Assembly: GCF_964355755.1 (NCBI RefSeq)
Contig: NC_092676.1
Span: 27,360,871 to 27,424,870, forward strand
Direction of reading: 5' to 3'
DNA length: 64,000 bases
DNA from: Antedon mediterranea
Lineage: Eukaryota > Animalia > Echinodermata
Shown piece by piece: positions 11,182 to 23,718 of the stretch. Below the pieces are notes generated by a model. The model ran no database searches. It saw nothing but the letters and a program-made list of their open reading frames with translations, and was not told where the DNA came from. The position numbers and the translations under genes are program-made. Positions within the stretch are counted from its first letter, which is position 1. Each line of letters opens with the position of its first letter.

Positions 11182-11716
11182 CTGCAATATTAATTTGTAA
11201 TCAACATAAATTATTCAATCTAACATATTAATAAGGATAGTGGTTTTAGCTATACAAACAAACAATATTTTCTAAGAATAACTACAGTCTATTGTTGATA
11301 TTCATTTTGGTCAAATTTCCAATATCAAATTCATCTACATTCTTATAAATTATTTATTTTAATGGAGTTAGATTGGATTTGAACCCTTTGAAATTGTCCA
11401 ACATTAAGGTTAATGCTTAACATATAAATTATAATTTGAAACGGTTTGTAATTTGTAAATAATAAATATTAAAGTCACCTTTTCATAATGGTTGTACTTA
11501 AGCTTCTTATTAGGTGCTGACGTGGTTATTGAAAAGTAAGAAAGATTCAAATAGGTGCTGACGCTGTTAATCATGGAACCTGTTACTGTATTTAGTATTC
11601 GGTTAAAAAAAAGTTAAATTTTATCTCTACATTGAAATTTTATTTGCTATAAGACAATTTGTCTTAAAATCACTGATTTATCTATTCAATGTTTACCAGA
11701 CCTAGTATAGACTCAC
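11182..11716 (-). other. Putative 5'-UTR intron of TRIM copy A (equivalents upstream of B and C)
   Basis: Minus-strand donor TG|GTGAGT at 11717/11716 and acceptor TTGCAG|G immediately before the ATG. Confidence 0.55.
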
Positions 11717-14700
11717 CAAAAAGGCAGCAGGGTTTTTCCAACCATTTATTCTTTTTTGACCCTTTACGATGCTCCTCCTAGCCACACCCATCACATTAAT
11801 GCGCCAGAGTGACTATCATTTCCATGCATTAATATGTAGGCCTACGTAGATAATTGCCACAGGCATAAAATTGGTTGATTTTCCAGCTATGCTGACCCCT
11901 CTGGGCTCCTGACAATTAAATTTATCGCATGACAGTCCAATTGATATACATTAAAAGATCATTATCCAACTAGGCTACTCATCTTCCTATCTATCTATAA
12001 TATGCAAAACATCATCTACACTAATATAATCATCGTATACTCTATCCGTATACTCTCTAACCAATATTTCAATCTTTCTTTCGACTAAAGCCGAAGTACA
12101 GTATAAGCCTAGTCGTATCTCGGGACCATTCTATGGTCACCACCACTAGGTAGGCTTACTTCATCAAGGCTTCTATGAATGGATGACTAGTTGGGAGCAG
12201 GAACGCTTGGTAGACCAAACCATGAATAACCAAACCATGAATAACCAAACCCACGAACGTTTACCGATCATTTGGGAAATTCCCTCACGATGTATTCAAA
12301 CGTTGAGAGCGCTCTACTCCATGGAGAGATTTTTTTTTTTTGCATGTCCGTATTTTGATTTCACACTTGTTTTTTAAGATGTTATACGTTGAGAGATCTT
12401 TTTTTTTGCATTTAAATATGTTGCTGTATGTTTATTATCTATTAAATGTTTGCCTATTGTTTATTATCTAAATGTATCAATAAATTACAAAAGATATTTA
12501 TTTTCCTTTAGTCATTTTATTTAAACTTTTAAATTTTCACCGTTGTGTACTAATGCTGGTATAATTATTCACCAGTTTCTAAATGTTTTTATAATGTATT
12601 CATAATGTGCAAATAATATACCAGTATCAGTATATTTAGTGTGGTTGTTGAAGCGACAGCACTATTTAAAGAAAAATGTAACAAGTAAAATAAATATTTC
12701 ATTTCACCAATTATAAACCACTAAACAAAAAAATCATGCCGCAACGTATCGTAGACGTAACATAAGAAAATACTCTTCTATCTATTTTGCATCCCCTCTT
12801 ACGATCGATAATCAATGACGAACGTAAAACAGAAACGGTGTTGAACACGTCGGTTCCTTATTGTGATGACACGTTCTTACGGCGCACTTTGCCCTGATCT
12901 GAAAACCAATTTCAGCTCTTAAAATATTTCCCGGGCCAAATTTGACAGTTCGTCCCAATAGCTTATCATGAACTAACGGAACTTTACGTTTTATCTTTTT
13001 ATTGTCAAAATAAAAAATAATGGGCCTACTGTATTCAAATTATGATTTGACAAAAGGCTAAATATAAAGATAAGCATCTGCGTATTCTGCAAATGTTGCT
13101 CGATCGTTAACAACCCGTTAATAGTATATAATTTCGTTAGATTTGTTTGTGCAGTGTCAATTCTCTATTTAAATGGTCATTACACAACCGGTAACCTGTT
13201 TCTTCCGAAGCTGCCCGTCCTTCAATGTTTAAAGATTTTTATTTTCTTTTGTTAATGGAGACTCATGGCAGGGATAATGCAAACATTTAGAATCGGGATG
13301 TCGACAATCTGTTGAAAATCGTCATCCACAGGCCTGTGCGATAGAAGGTTGGTGGTTGGTGGTTAAGCCCGATACAAATTCACCATCATCATTAAAGCTT
13401 TATAGAGAGTATCACTTGTTTGTATTCATCACGGGTGCTTGAAAACAAAAGTCACTTTTTTTTTTTAAACTTTGACAGATGATGAAGACAATTTAGTGGT
13501 TGTCGGAACTGGAACTTATTAAACATGTCTTTTGACAATGTCGGTAATACCACCGATATGAGTAAACACCCGTTTTAAATTTGAAAAATAAATCAAAGGT
13601 GAACACTATCGTCACATTGCAACCGTAAACAAATCGGAAAATTGTAATTTTGGCGCGCATAATGTTTAATAGCTTTTGTCTTGTGAACGTTGACATAATG
13701 GCATGAAAATAATAAGATTTTTCGGAATTATGGAAGCCGTTACGAATGTTTACCAATTATGCGCGCAGTTATCATTAAATGAAACAGATATGTCGCAGGA
13801 AACGATCGATTTATAATAAAAATTTGCAGAGCGGATACCTATCGTTCGTTCATTTTAGCTTTTTGTCAAATCATAATTTGAATATATTCTGTCAAATTTG
13901 GCCCGGGAAATATTTTAAGAGCAGAAATTTCCATATTATCGACGCAAAGTGGGCCTTAAGAACAACCTTGCGTGTCATTACAAGTGGGAACCGACGACGG
14001 AACACGGTGCCGTAGAGTTGTTCCAACACCGTTTCTGCTTTATGTTCTTCATTGATTATCGATCGTAAGATTAGATAAAAGGCAAATATTATAGATAATA
14101 AACATATAGCAAAAGGATCTCTGTAAGTTGTATTCACGCGTATAACATTTTTAAAAACCAGTGTGAAATTTAAATACGGACACTTTTTATATAGGCTCTT
14201 AAAATTAGCCTAAATAGTCCTACCGCCATCCTTTACTTCTTAAAATTTACTTTTATGTAGTTTATTTCTATACTTTGGATATAGTTTTAAATTGTCGGGC
14301 GACGTGTGCTATAAAGTTATCGGAACAAAGTGATATTAATTAATATTGCAATCAATTCAATGCTCTGCGTCCGTCGCCTTGCAAATAGCGTGATGTGTGT
14401 GTTCGTAAAACCATATTGCATCCATTGGCGAAAACGCGTGAGGTTTATTCGTAGATAAAGTCATGTTTTTTTGAAAACATAACGATTGAAATCGAAATAT
14501 TTTTATGGAATCTGTAAATTCAAGGTGTTATCACGATTTTGTATGATTTTGGTCGGATTTTGTGTACACTACCATTTCGTAGGGTCTTCGATTTCGAGGT
14601 CTTCGCTTTCGACACCGTTCGCAGTTTGATGTACATACTGACTGCCAGTGATCTCAACCGCCTGATCTAAACAATAGGTACGCGGTTGTCTGGTGGTGTC

Positions 14701-15008
14701 CTTTGTACGAATTCGTTCGTATGATCAAAGAATATATATCACAAGAATGAGTAATCCGCGATTTTCCCTGTAACAGTAATATTGTCCACGTGGTAGGGCG
14801 CCGCCATAAGTGAGGATGTATCTGGAATGTATACAACTTTTTGTGACGGTTTCACTAATCAAAGGCTGGACCACCGGTAGTATTTTCATGATAAAAAATG
14901 TTATCAACTACATGCCAACATCATGTTAAATGCTCTTTGGATATTTAATTGTTCGTTTTATGCAATTTATTTAGTAAAAACTGCCGTATAAACCGTAAAT
15001 CATGTAAA

Positions 15009-15048
<40 letters not shown>

Positions 15049-15624
15049 TTTTTACATGATTTTTTTTTTTACAGTAGGTAACAACGGACTGCAATGTGTT
15101 TTCTCAAGATATTCTCACTTGTCACCTAGCAACAGATAGAAGGTACTGTTCACATTAGGTAAGGTGTTTTCTAGAAAATAATAGAATTTATTTTTAAATT
15201 GTTGCTAAATTAAACTACTATGTAAACGCTGTCTTAGTGTAAATACATTTTAGTAATTTTAATTTATGCTTAAACAAATTTTAATGGAAATATTATATAC
15301 ATGTAATTTATATACATGGGAAGACTCGTTTTTAGTAATTAAACATTTTGTTGGTGTTGTCACCGTAATTTGCTACAGCAACCATACATGGGTTATATGA
15401 AAAATATGTAATGTAATAATATAAAAATACATTGAATGATTAGATTAAGAATTAAAATACTAAAGATATTAATTATATTTTTTCATTAAATGTGAATTAG
15501 CAAAATGGATCACATTAAGATATGTAAAAAATTTATATTTTGATTTAATAAATTTAATATTTCAATTTTCATAGGAAATACTTTATATAATTAATTTATA
15601 TACATGGGGAAGAGTAGACTTGCT

Positions 15625-17325
15625 TTAATAATAAAACATTTTGATTGATTTGCCATCCCGATTTGCTACAGCAACCATACATGGGTTATGAGAAATGATA
15701 CATAACTGCTTTGGTAAACTAATTCCATCTTCTTGTTTATCAATTCTTTTGATAAAATGCCCATCACTACTGAATAGTTGTAGTTTGTTTTGACTTGCTA
15801 TGATGATGTTATCATCCTCATCAACTACAACTCCCCATGGGTACCACACCTTACCATCTTCATCTCCTTTATTGATGAGTACTTTCATTGACTTATCCTT
15901 GTCATCATACAATAATACTTGATGCTGCCCTCTATATGCTACAATTACTTTACCAGTTTTTGTAAGTGCAACATCAGAGTATCCATAATAATATGATTTC
16001 TTTTGTGTTCCTATCTTCTTCAACAGCTTACTATTACTTATGTCAAACATAAACACACATCCATTGTTCCAATCTGCTACATATATAACATTAGTTGCCT
16101 CATCTATGTGAATACCACGTGGATTCATCAATACACCCTTACCAATGGATTTGATAACATGACCATTCATATCACAAACTTGAATGCATTTATTACCAAA
16201 ATCACTGAATGCTATGTTGCCATTCTTCATTCTGTACATTCTGTTAACTTCCACACCTTTTGGTAGTGTAATCTTGCTTGTACATTCTCCTGATTGTTTG
16301 TACTTGTGAATTTCATTTGTGCAAAATGAAACCAGCAAGCAATCATCATCACACTTTGCTACTCCGGTAGGTATACCCTCTACTTTGATAGTAAGTGGTT
16401 TGAATACAACATTTCCAATGTCAATTTCTTTCAATAAATCAAATGGCTGTTTGTTTCTGATAAAGTTAATTTGTCTAGTAGCATTGACTTGCTTGATTTC
16501 TTCAGATTTATTAATTTCATCCATCATTTTGTTTAATACAATCTCACTTGATTTCATAGCAGTTGCTGTCTCACTCTTTAGTAACTGATTTAGGAAACTC
16601 ATCTTTGTGTTTAATTCAGTATTGATTTTTGTTAATTTTGTAATTTGTAAGTCATTAACTTTCTTTTCATTTTTATAATTTGCTTCAACTTTTTTCTTCA
16701 TTTCATCTGCTTTTTTCTGGATTATTAAAAACATTTCTTGAACTTGTTTATCAATGTCTGTGAGGCTTTCCTCTTTACTTTCTTCTAGTTCTTTAGCATT
16801 CTTTGTGACTATTTTGAGTAAATTTTCTATTTTTTGTATCGATTCATTGGCAGCTTTCTTTAAGTCTTCTGATGTTTCCTTAAACGTATTAAATGCTGTA
16901 ACAATGTTAATTAGTTCATGTTTTCCATCTCCTGCAGCATGTTCCATTTCAGTGCATTCTATGCATATTGGTACTTTACATTTTGTACAATACATTTTCA
17001 ATTGTTGAGCATGAGAGACGCACAGAGAGGTAGTGCCTTTAACCTTCCTTTTCTGTTCATGTTGTTTCACAGTTTCCAGGAGGTTGTTAAGAAAGGTATT
17101 TGGGGCAAGTTTTTGAAGCCCTCCTACTGGAATAGGATACTCTTTGCGACAAATAGGGCATGTTAGCTTGCCATGATTGGTACGAACCCATTTCTTCAAA
17201 CACTTCAGACAGAAACTATGAAGGCAGCTAAGTGATTTTGGATCTTCTAGCCTTCCATTACAGACAGAACATTCTAGTACTTTCTCATCGATATCTCCAA
17301 GTAGACTAATGTCGTTGCTAGCCAT
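15625..17325 (-). CDS. TRIM-NHL copy B, 566 aa, intact (TRIM2/3/56/71-like architecture)
   Basis: RING, B-box (CVSH...CTKC...CIEC...H), coiled coil, NHL repeats (PRGIHID, PWGVVVD). Confidence 0.95.
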   Translation of the reverse strand: MASNDISLLGDIDEKVLECSVCNGRLEDPKSLSCLHSFCLKCLKKWVRTNHGKLTCPICRKEYPIPVGGLQKLAPNTFLNNLLETVKQHEQKRKVKGTTSLCVSHAQQLKMYCTKCKVPICIECTEMEHAAGDGKHELINIVTAFNTFKETSEDLKKAANESIQKIENLLKIVTKNAKELEESKEESLTDIDKQVQEMFLIIQKKADEMKKKVEANYKNEKKVNDLQITKLTKINTELNTKMSFLNQLLKSETATAMKSSEIVLNKMMDEINKSEEIKQVNATRQINFIRNKQPFDLLKEIDIGNVVFKPLTIKVEGIPTGVAKCDDDCLLVSFCTNEIHKYKQSGECTSKITLPKGVEVNRMYRMKNGNIAFSDFGNKCIQVCDMNGHVIKSIGKGVLMNPRGIHIDEATNVIYVADWNNGCVFMFDISNSKLLKKIGTQKKSYYYGYSDVALTKTGKVIVAYRGQHQVLLYDDKDKSMKVLINKGDEDGKVWYPWGVVVDEDDNIIIASQNKLQLFSSDGHFIKRIDKQEDGISLPKQLCIISHNPCMVAVANRDGKSIKMFYY

Positions 17326-20300
17326 CCTGCAATATTAATTTGTAATCAACATAAATTATTCAATCTAACATATTAATAAGGATAGTGGTTTTAGCTATAC
17401 AAAAAAAAACAAAAACCAAAAAACAAAAACAAACAATATTTTCTAAGAATAACTACAGTCTATTGTTGATATTCATTTATTTTGGTCAAATTTCCAATAT
17501 CAAATTCATCTACATTCTTATAAATTATTTATTTTAATGGAGTTAGATTGGATTTGAACCCTTTGAAATTGTCCAACATTAAGGTTAATGCTTAACATAT
17601 AAATTATAATTTGAAACGGTTTGTAATTTGTAAATAATAAATATTAAAGTCACCTTTTCATAATGGTTGTACTTAAGCTTCTTATTAGGTGCTGACGTGG
17701 TTATTGAAAAGTAAGAAAGATTCAAATAGGTGCTGACGCTGTTAATCATGGAACCTGTTACTGTATTTAGTATTCGGTTAAAAAAAAGTTAAATTTTATC
17801 TCTACATTGAAATTTTATTTGCTATAAGACAATTTGTCTTAAAATCACTGATTTATCTATTCAATGTTTACCAGACCTAGTATAGACTCACCAAAAAGGC
17901 AGCAGGGTTTTTCCAACCATTTATTCTTTTTTGACCCTTTACGATGCTCCTCCTAGCCACACCCATCACATTAATGCGCCAGAGTGACTATCATTTCCAT
18001 GCATTAATATGTAGGCCTACGTAGATAATTGCCACAGGCATAAAATTGGTTGATTTTCCAGCTATGCTGACCCCTCTGGGCTCCTGACAATTAAATTTAT
18101 CGCATGACAGTCCAATTGATATACATTAAAAGATCATTATCCAACTAGGCTACTCATCTTCCTATCTATCTATAATATGCAAAACATCATCTACACTAAT
18201 ATAATCATCGTATACTCTATCCGTATACTCTCTAACCAATATTTCAATCTTTCTTTCGACTAAAGCCGAAGTACAGTATAAGCCTAGTCGTATCTCGGGA
18301 CCATTCTATGGTCACCACCACTAGGTAGGCTTACTTCATCAAGGCTTCTATGAATGGATGACTAGTTGGGAGCAGGAACGCTTGGTAGACCAAACCATGA
18401 ATAACCAAACCATGAATAACCAAACCCACGAACGTTTACCGATCATTTGGGAAATTCCCTCACGATGTATTCAAACGTTGAGAGCGCTCTACTCCATGGA
18501 GAGATTTTTTTTTTTTGCATGTCCGTATTTTGATTTCACACTTGTTTTTTAAGATGTTATACGTTGAGAGATCTTTTTTTTTGCATTTAAATATGTTGCT
18601 GTATGTTTATTATCTATTAAATGTTTGCCTATTGTTTATTATCTAAATGTATCAATAAATTACAAAAGATATTTATTTTCCTTTAGTCATTTTATTTAAA
18701 CTTTTAAATTTTCACCGTTGTGTACTAATGCTGGTATAATTATTCACCAGTTTCTAAATGTTTTTATAATGTATTCATAATGTGCAAATAATATACCAGT
18801 ATCAGTATATTTAGTGTGGTTGTTGAAGCGACAGCACTATTTAAAGAAAAATGTAACAAGTAAAATAAATATTTCATTTCACCAATTATAAACCACTAAA
18901 CAAAAAAATCATGCCGCAACGTATCGTAGACGTAACATAAGAAAATACTCTTCTATCTATTTTGCATCCCCTCTTACGATCGATAATCAATGACGAACGT
19001 AAAACAGAAACGGTGTTGAACACGTCGGTTCCTTATTGTGATGACACGTTCTTACGGCGCACTTTGCGTTGATCTGAAAACCAATTTCAGCTCTTAAAAT
19101 ATTTCCCGGGCCAAATTTGACAGTTCGTCCCAATAGCTTATCATGAACTAACGGAACTTTACGTTTTATCTTTTTATTGTCAAAATAAAAAATAATGGGC
19201 CTACTGTATTCAAATTATGATTTGACAAAAGGCTAAATATAAAGATAAGCATCTGCGTATTCTGCAAATGTTGCTCGATCGTTAACAACCCGTTAATAGT
19301 ATATAATTTCGTTAGATTTGTTTGTGCAGTGTCAATTCTCTATTTAAATGGTCATTACACAACCGGTAACCTGTTTCTTCCGAAGCTGCCCGTCCTTCAA
19401 TGTTTAAAGATTTTTATTTTCTTTTGTTAATGGAGACTCATGGCAGGGATAATGCAAACATTTAGAATCGGGATGTCGACAATCTGTTGAAAATCGTCAT
19501 CCACAGGCCTGTGCGATAGAAGGTTGGTGGTTGGTGGTTAAGCCCGATACAAATTCACCATCATCATTAAAGCTTTATAGAGAGTATCACTTGTTTGTAT
19601 TCATCACGGGTGCTTGAAAACAAAAGTCACTTTTTTTTTTAAACTTTGACAGATGATGAAGACAATTTAGTGGTTGTCGGAACTGGAACTTATTAAACAT
19701 GTCTTTTGACAATGTCGGTAATACCACCGATATGAGTAAACACCCGTTTTAAATTTGAAAAATAAATCAAAGGTGAACACTATCGTCACATTGCAACCGT
19801 AAACAAATCGGAAAATTGTAATTTTGGCGCGCATAATGTTTAATAGCTTTTGTCTTGTGAACGTTGACATAATGGCATGAAAATAATAAGATTTTTCGGA
19901 ATTATGGAAGCCGTTACGAATGTTTACCAATTATGCGCGCAGTTATCATTAAATGAAACAGATATGTCGCAGGAAACGATCGATTTATAATAAAAATTTG
20001 CAGAGCGGATACCTATCGTTCGTTCATTTTAGCTTTTTGTCAAATCATAATTTGAATATATTCTGTCAAATTTGGCCCGGGAAATATTTTAAGAGCAGAA
20101 ATTTCCATATTATCGACGCAAAGTGGGCCTTAAGAACAACCTTGCGTGTCATTACAAGTGGGAACCGACGACGGAACACGGTGCCGTAGAGTTGTTCCAA
20201 CACCGTTTCTGCTTTATGTTCTTCATTGATTATCGATCGTAAGATTAGATAAAAGGCAAATATTATAGATAATAAACATATAGCAAAGGATCTCTGTAAG

Positions 20301-21183
20301 TTGTATTCACGCGTATAACATTTTTAAAAACCAGTGTGAAATTTAAATACGGACACTTTTTATATAGGCTCTTAAAATTAGCCTAAATAGTCCTACCGCC
20401 ATCCTTTACTTCTTAAAATTTACTTTTATGTAGTTTATTTCTATACTTTGGATATAGTTTTAAATTGTCGGGCGACGTGTGCTATAAAGTTATCGGAACA
20501 AAGTGATATTAATTAATATTGCAATCAATTCAATGCTCTGCGTCCGTCGCCTTGCAAATAGCGTGATGTGTGTGTTCGTAAAACCATATTGCATCCATTG
20601 GCGAAAACGCGTGAGGTTTATTCGTAGATAAAGTCATGTTTTTTTGAAAACATAACGATTGAAATCGAAATATTTTTATGGAATCTGTAAATTCAAGGTG
20701 TTATCACGATTTTGTATGATTTTGGTCGGATTTTGTGTACACTACCATTTCGTAGGGTCTTCGATTTCGAGGTCTTCGCTTTCGACACCGTTCGCAGTTT
20801 GATGTACATACTGACTGCCAGTGATCTCAACCGCCTGATCTAAACAATAGGTACGCGGTTGTCTGGTGGTGTCCTTTGTACGAATTCGTTCGTATGATCA
20901 AAGAATATATATCACAAGAATGAGTAATCCGCGATTTTCCCTGTAACAGTAATATTGTCCACGTGGTAGGGCGCCGCCATAAGTGAGGATGTATCTGGAA
21001 TGTATACAACTTTTTGTGACGGTTTCACTAATCAAAGGCTGGACCACCGGTAGTATTTTCATGATAAAAAATGTTATCAACTACATGCCAACATCATGTT
21101 AAATGCTCTTTGGATATTTAATTGTTCGTTTTATGCAATTTATTTAGTAAAAACTGCCGTATAAACCGTAAATCATGTAAAAA

Positions 21184-21445
<262 letters not shown>

Positions 21446-22017
21446 TACATGATTTTTTTTTTTACAGTAGGTAACAACGGACTGCAATGTGTTTTCTCAA
21501 GATATTCTCACTTGTCACCTAGCAACAGATAGAAGGTACTGTTCACATTAGGTAAGGTGTTTTCTAGAAAATAATAGAATTTATTTTTAAATTGTTGCTA
21601 AATTAAACTACTATGTAAACGCTGTCTTAGTGTAAATACATTTTAGTAATTTTAATTTATGCTTAAACAAATTTTAATGGAAATATTATATACATGTAAT
21701 TTATATACATGGGAAGACTCGTTTTTAGTAATTAAACATTTTGTTGGTGTTGTCACCGTAATTTGCTACAGCAACCATACATGGGTTATATGAAAAATAT
21801 GTAATGTAATAATATAAAAATACATTGAATGATTAGATTAAGAATTAAAATACTAAAGATATTAATTATATTTTTTCATTAAATGTGAATTAGCAAAATG
21901 GATCACATTAAGATATGTAAAAAATGTATATTTTGATTTAATAAATTTAATATTTCAATTTTCATAGGAAATACTTTATATAATTAATTTATATACATGG
22001 GGAAGAGTAGACTTGCT

Positions 22018-23718
22018 TTAATAATAAAACATTTTGATTGATTTGCCATCCCGATTTGCTACAGCAACCATACATGGGTTATGAGAAATGATACATAACT
22101 GCTTTGGTAAACTAATTCCATCTTCTTGTTTATCAATTCTTTTGATAAAATGCCCATCACTACTGAATAGTTGTAGTTTGTTTTGACTTGCTATGATGAT
22201 GTTATCATCCTCATCAACTACAACTCCCCATGGGTACCACACCTTACCATCTTCATCTCCTTTATTGATGAGTACTTTCATTGACTTATCCTTGTCATCA
22301 TACAATAATACTTGATGCTGCCCTCTATATGCTACAATTACTTTACCAGTTTTTGTAAGTGCAACATCAGAGTATCCATAATAATATGATTTCTTTTGTG
22401 TTCCTATCTTCTTCAACAGCTTACTATTACTTATGTCAAACATAAACACACATCCATTGTTCCAATCTGCTACATATATAACATTAGTTGCCTCATCTAT
22501 GTGAATACCACGTGGATTCATCAATACACCCTTACCAATGGATTTGATAACATGACCATTCATATCACAAACTTGAATGCATTTATTACCAAAATCACTG
22601 AATGCTATGTTGCCATTCTTCATTCTGTACATTCTGTTAACTTCCACACCTTTTGGTAGTGTAATCTTGCTTGTACATTCTCCTGATTGTTTGTACTTGT
22701 GAATTTCATTTGTGCAAAATGAAACCAGCAAGCAATCATCATCACACTTTGCTACTCCGGTAGGTATACCCTCTACTTTGATAGTAAGTGGTTTGAATAC
22801 AACATTTCCAATGTCAATTTCTTTCAATAAATCAAATGGCTGTTTGTTTCTGATAAAGTTAATTTGTCTAGTAGCATTGACTTGCTTGATTTCTTCAGAT
22901 TTATTAATTTCATCCATCATTTTGTTTAATACAATCTCACTTGATTTCATAGCAGTTGCTGTCTCACTCTTTAGTAACTGATTTAGGAAACTCATCTTTG
23001 TGTTTAATTCAGTATTGATTTTTGTTAATTTTGTAATTTGTAAGTCATTAACTTTCTTTTCATTTTTATAATTTGCTTCAACTTTTTTCTTCATTTCATC
23101 TGCTTTTTTCTGGATTATTAAAAACATTTCTTGAACTTGTTTATCAATGTCTGTGAGGCTTTCCTCTTTACTTTCTTCTAGTTCTTTAGCATTCTTTGTG
23201 ACTATTTTGAGTAAATTTTCTATTTTTTGTATCGATTCATTGGCAGCTTTCTTTAAGTCTTCTGATGTTTCCTTAAACGTATTAAATGCTGTAACAATGT
23301 TAATTAGTTCATGTTTTCTATCTCCTGCAGCATGTTCCATTTCAGTGCATTCTATGCATATTGGTACTTTACATTTTGTACAATACATTTTCAATTGTTG
23401 AGCATGAGAGACGCACAGAGAGGTAGTGCCTTTAACCTTCCTTTTCTGTTCATGTTGTTTCACAGTTTCCAGGAGGTTGTTAAGAAAGGTATTTGGGGCA
23501 AGTTTTTAAAGCCCTCCTACTGGAATAGGATACTCTTTGCGACAAATAGGGCATGTTAGCTTGCCATGATTGGTACGAACCCATTTCTTCAAACACTTCA
23601 GACAGAAACTATGAAGGCAGCTAAGTGATTTTGGATCTTCTAGCCTTCCATTACAGACAGAACATTCTAGTACTTTCTCATCGATATCTCCAAGTAGACT
23701 AATGTCGTTGCTAGCCAT
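22018..23718 (-). pseudogene. TRIM-NHL copy C with nonsense mutation Q71*
   Basis: Near-identical to copy B. CAA>TAA at 23508 and GGA>AGA (GDGKH>GDRKH) at ~23319. Confidence 0.85.
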
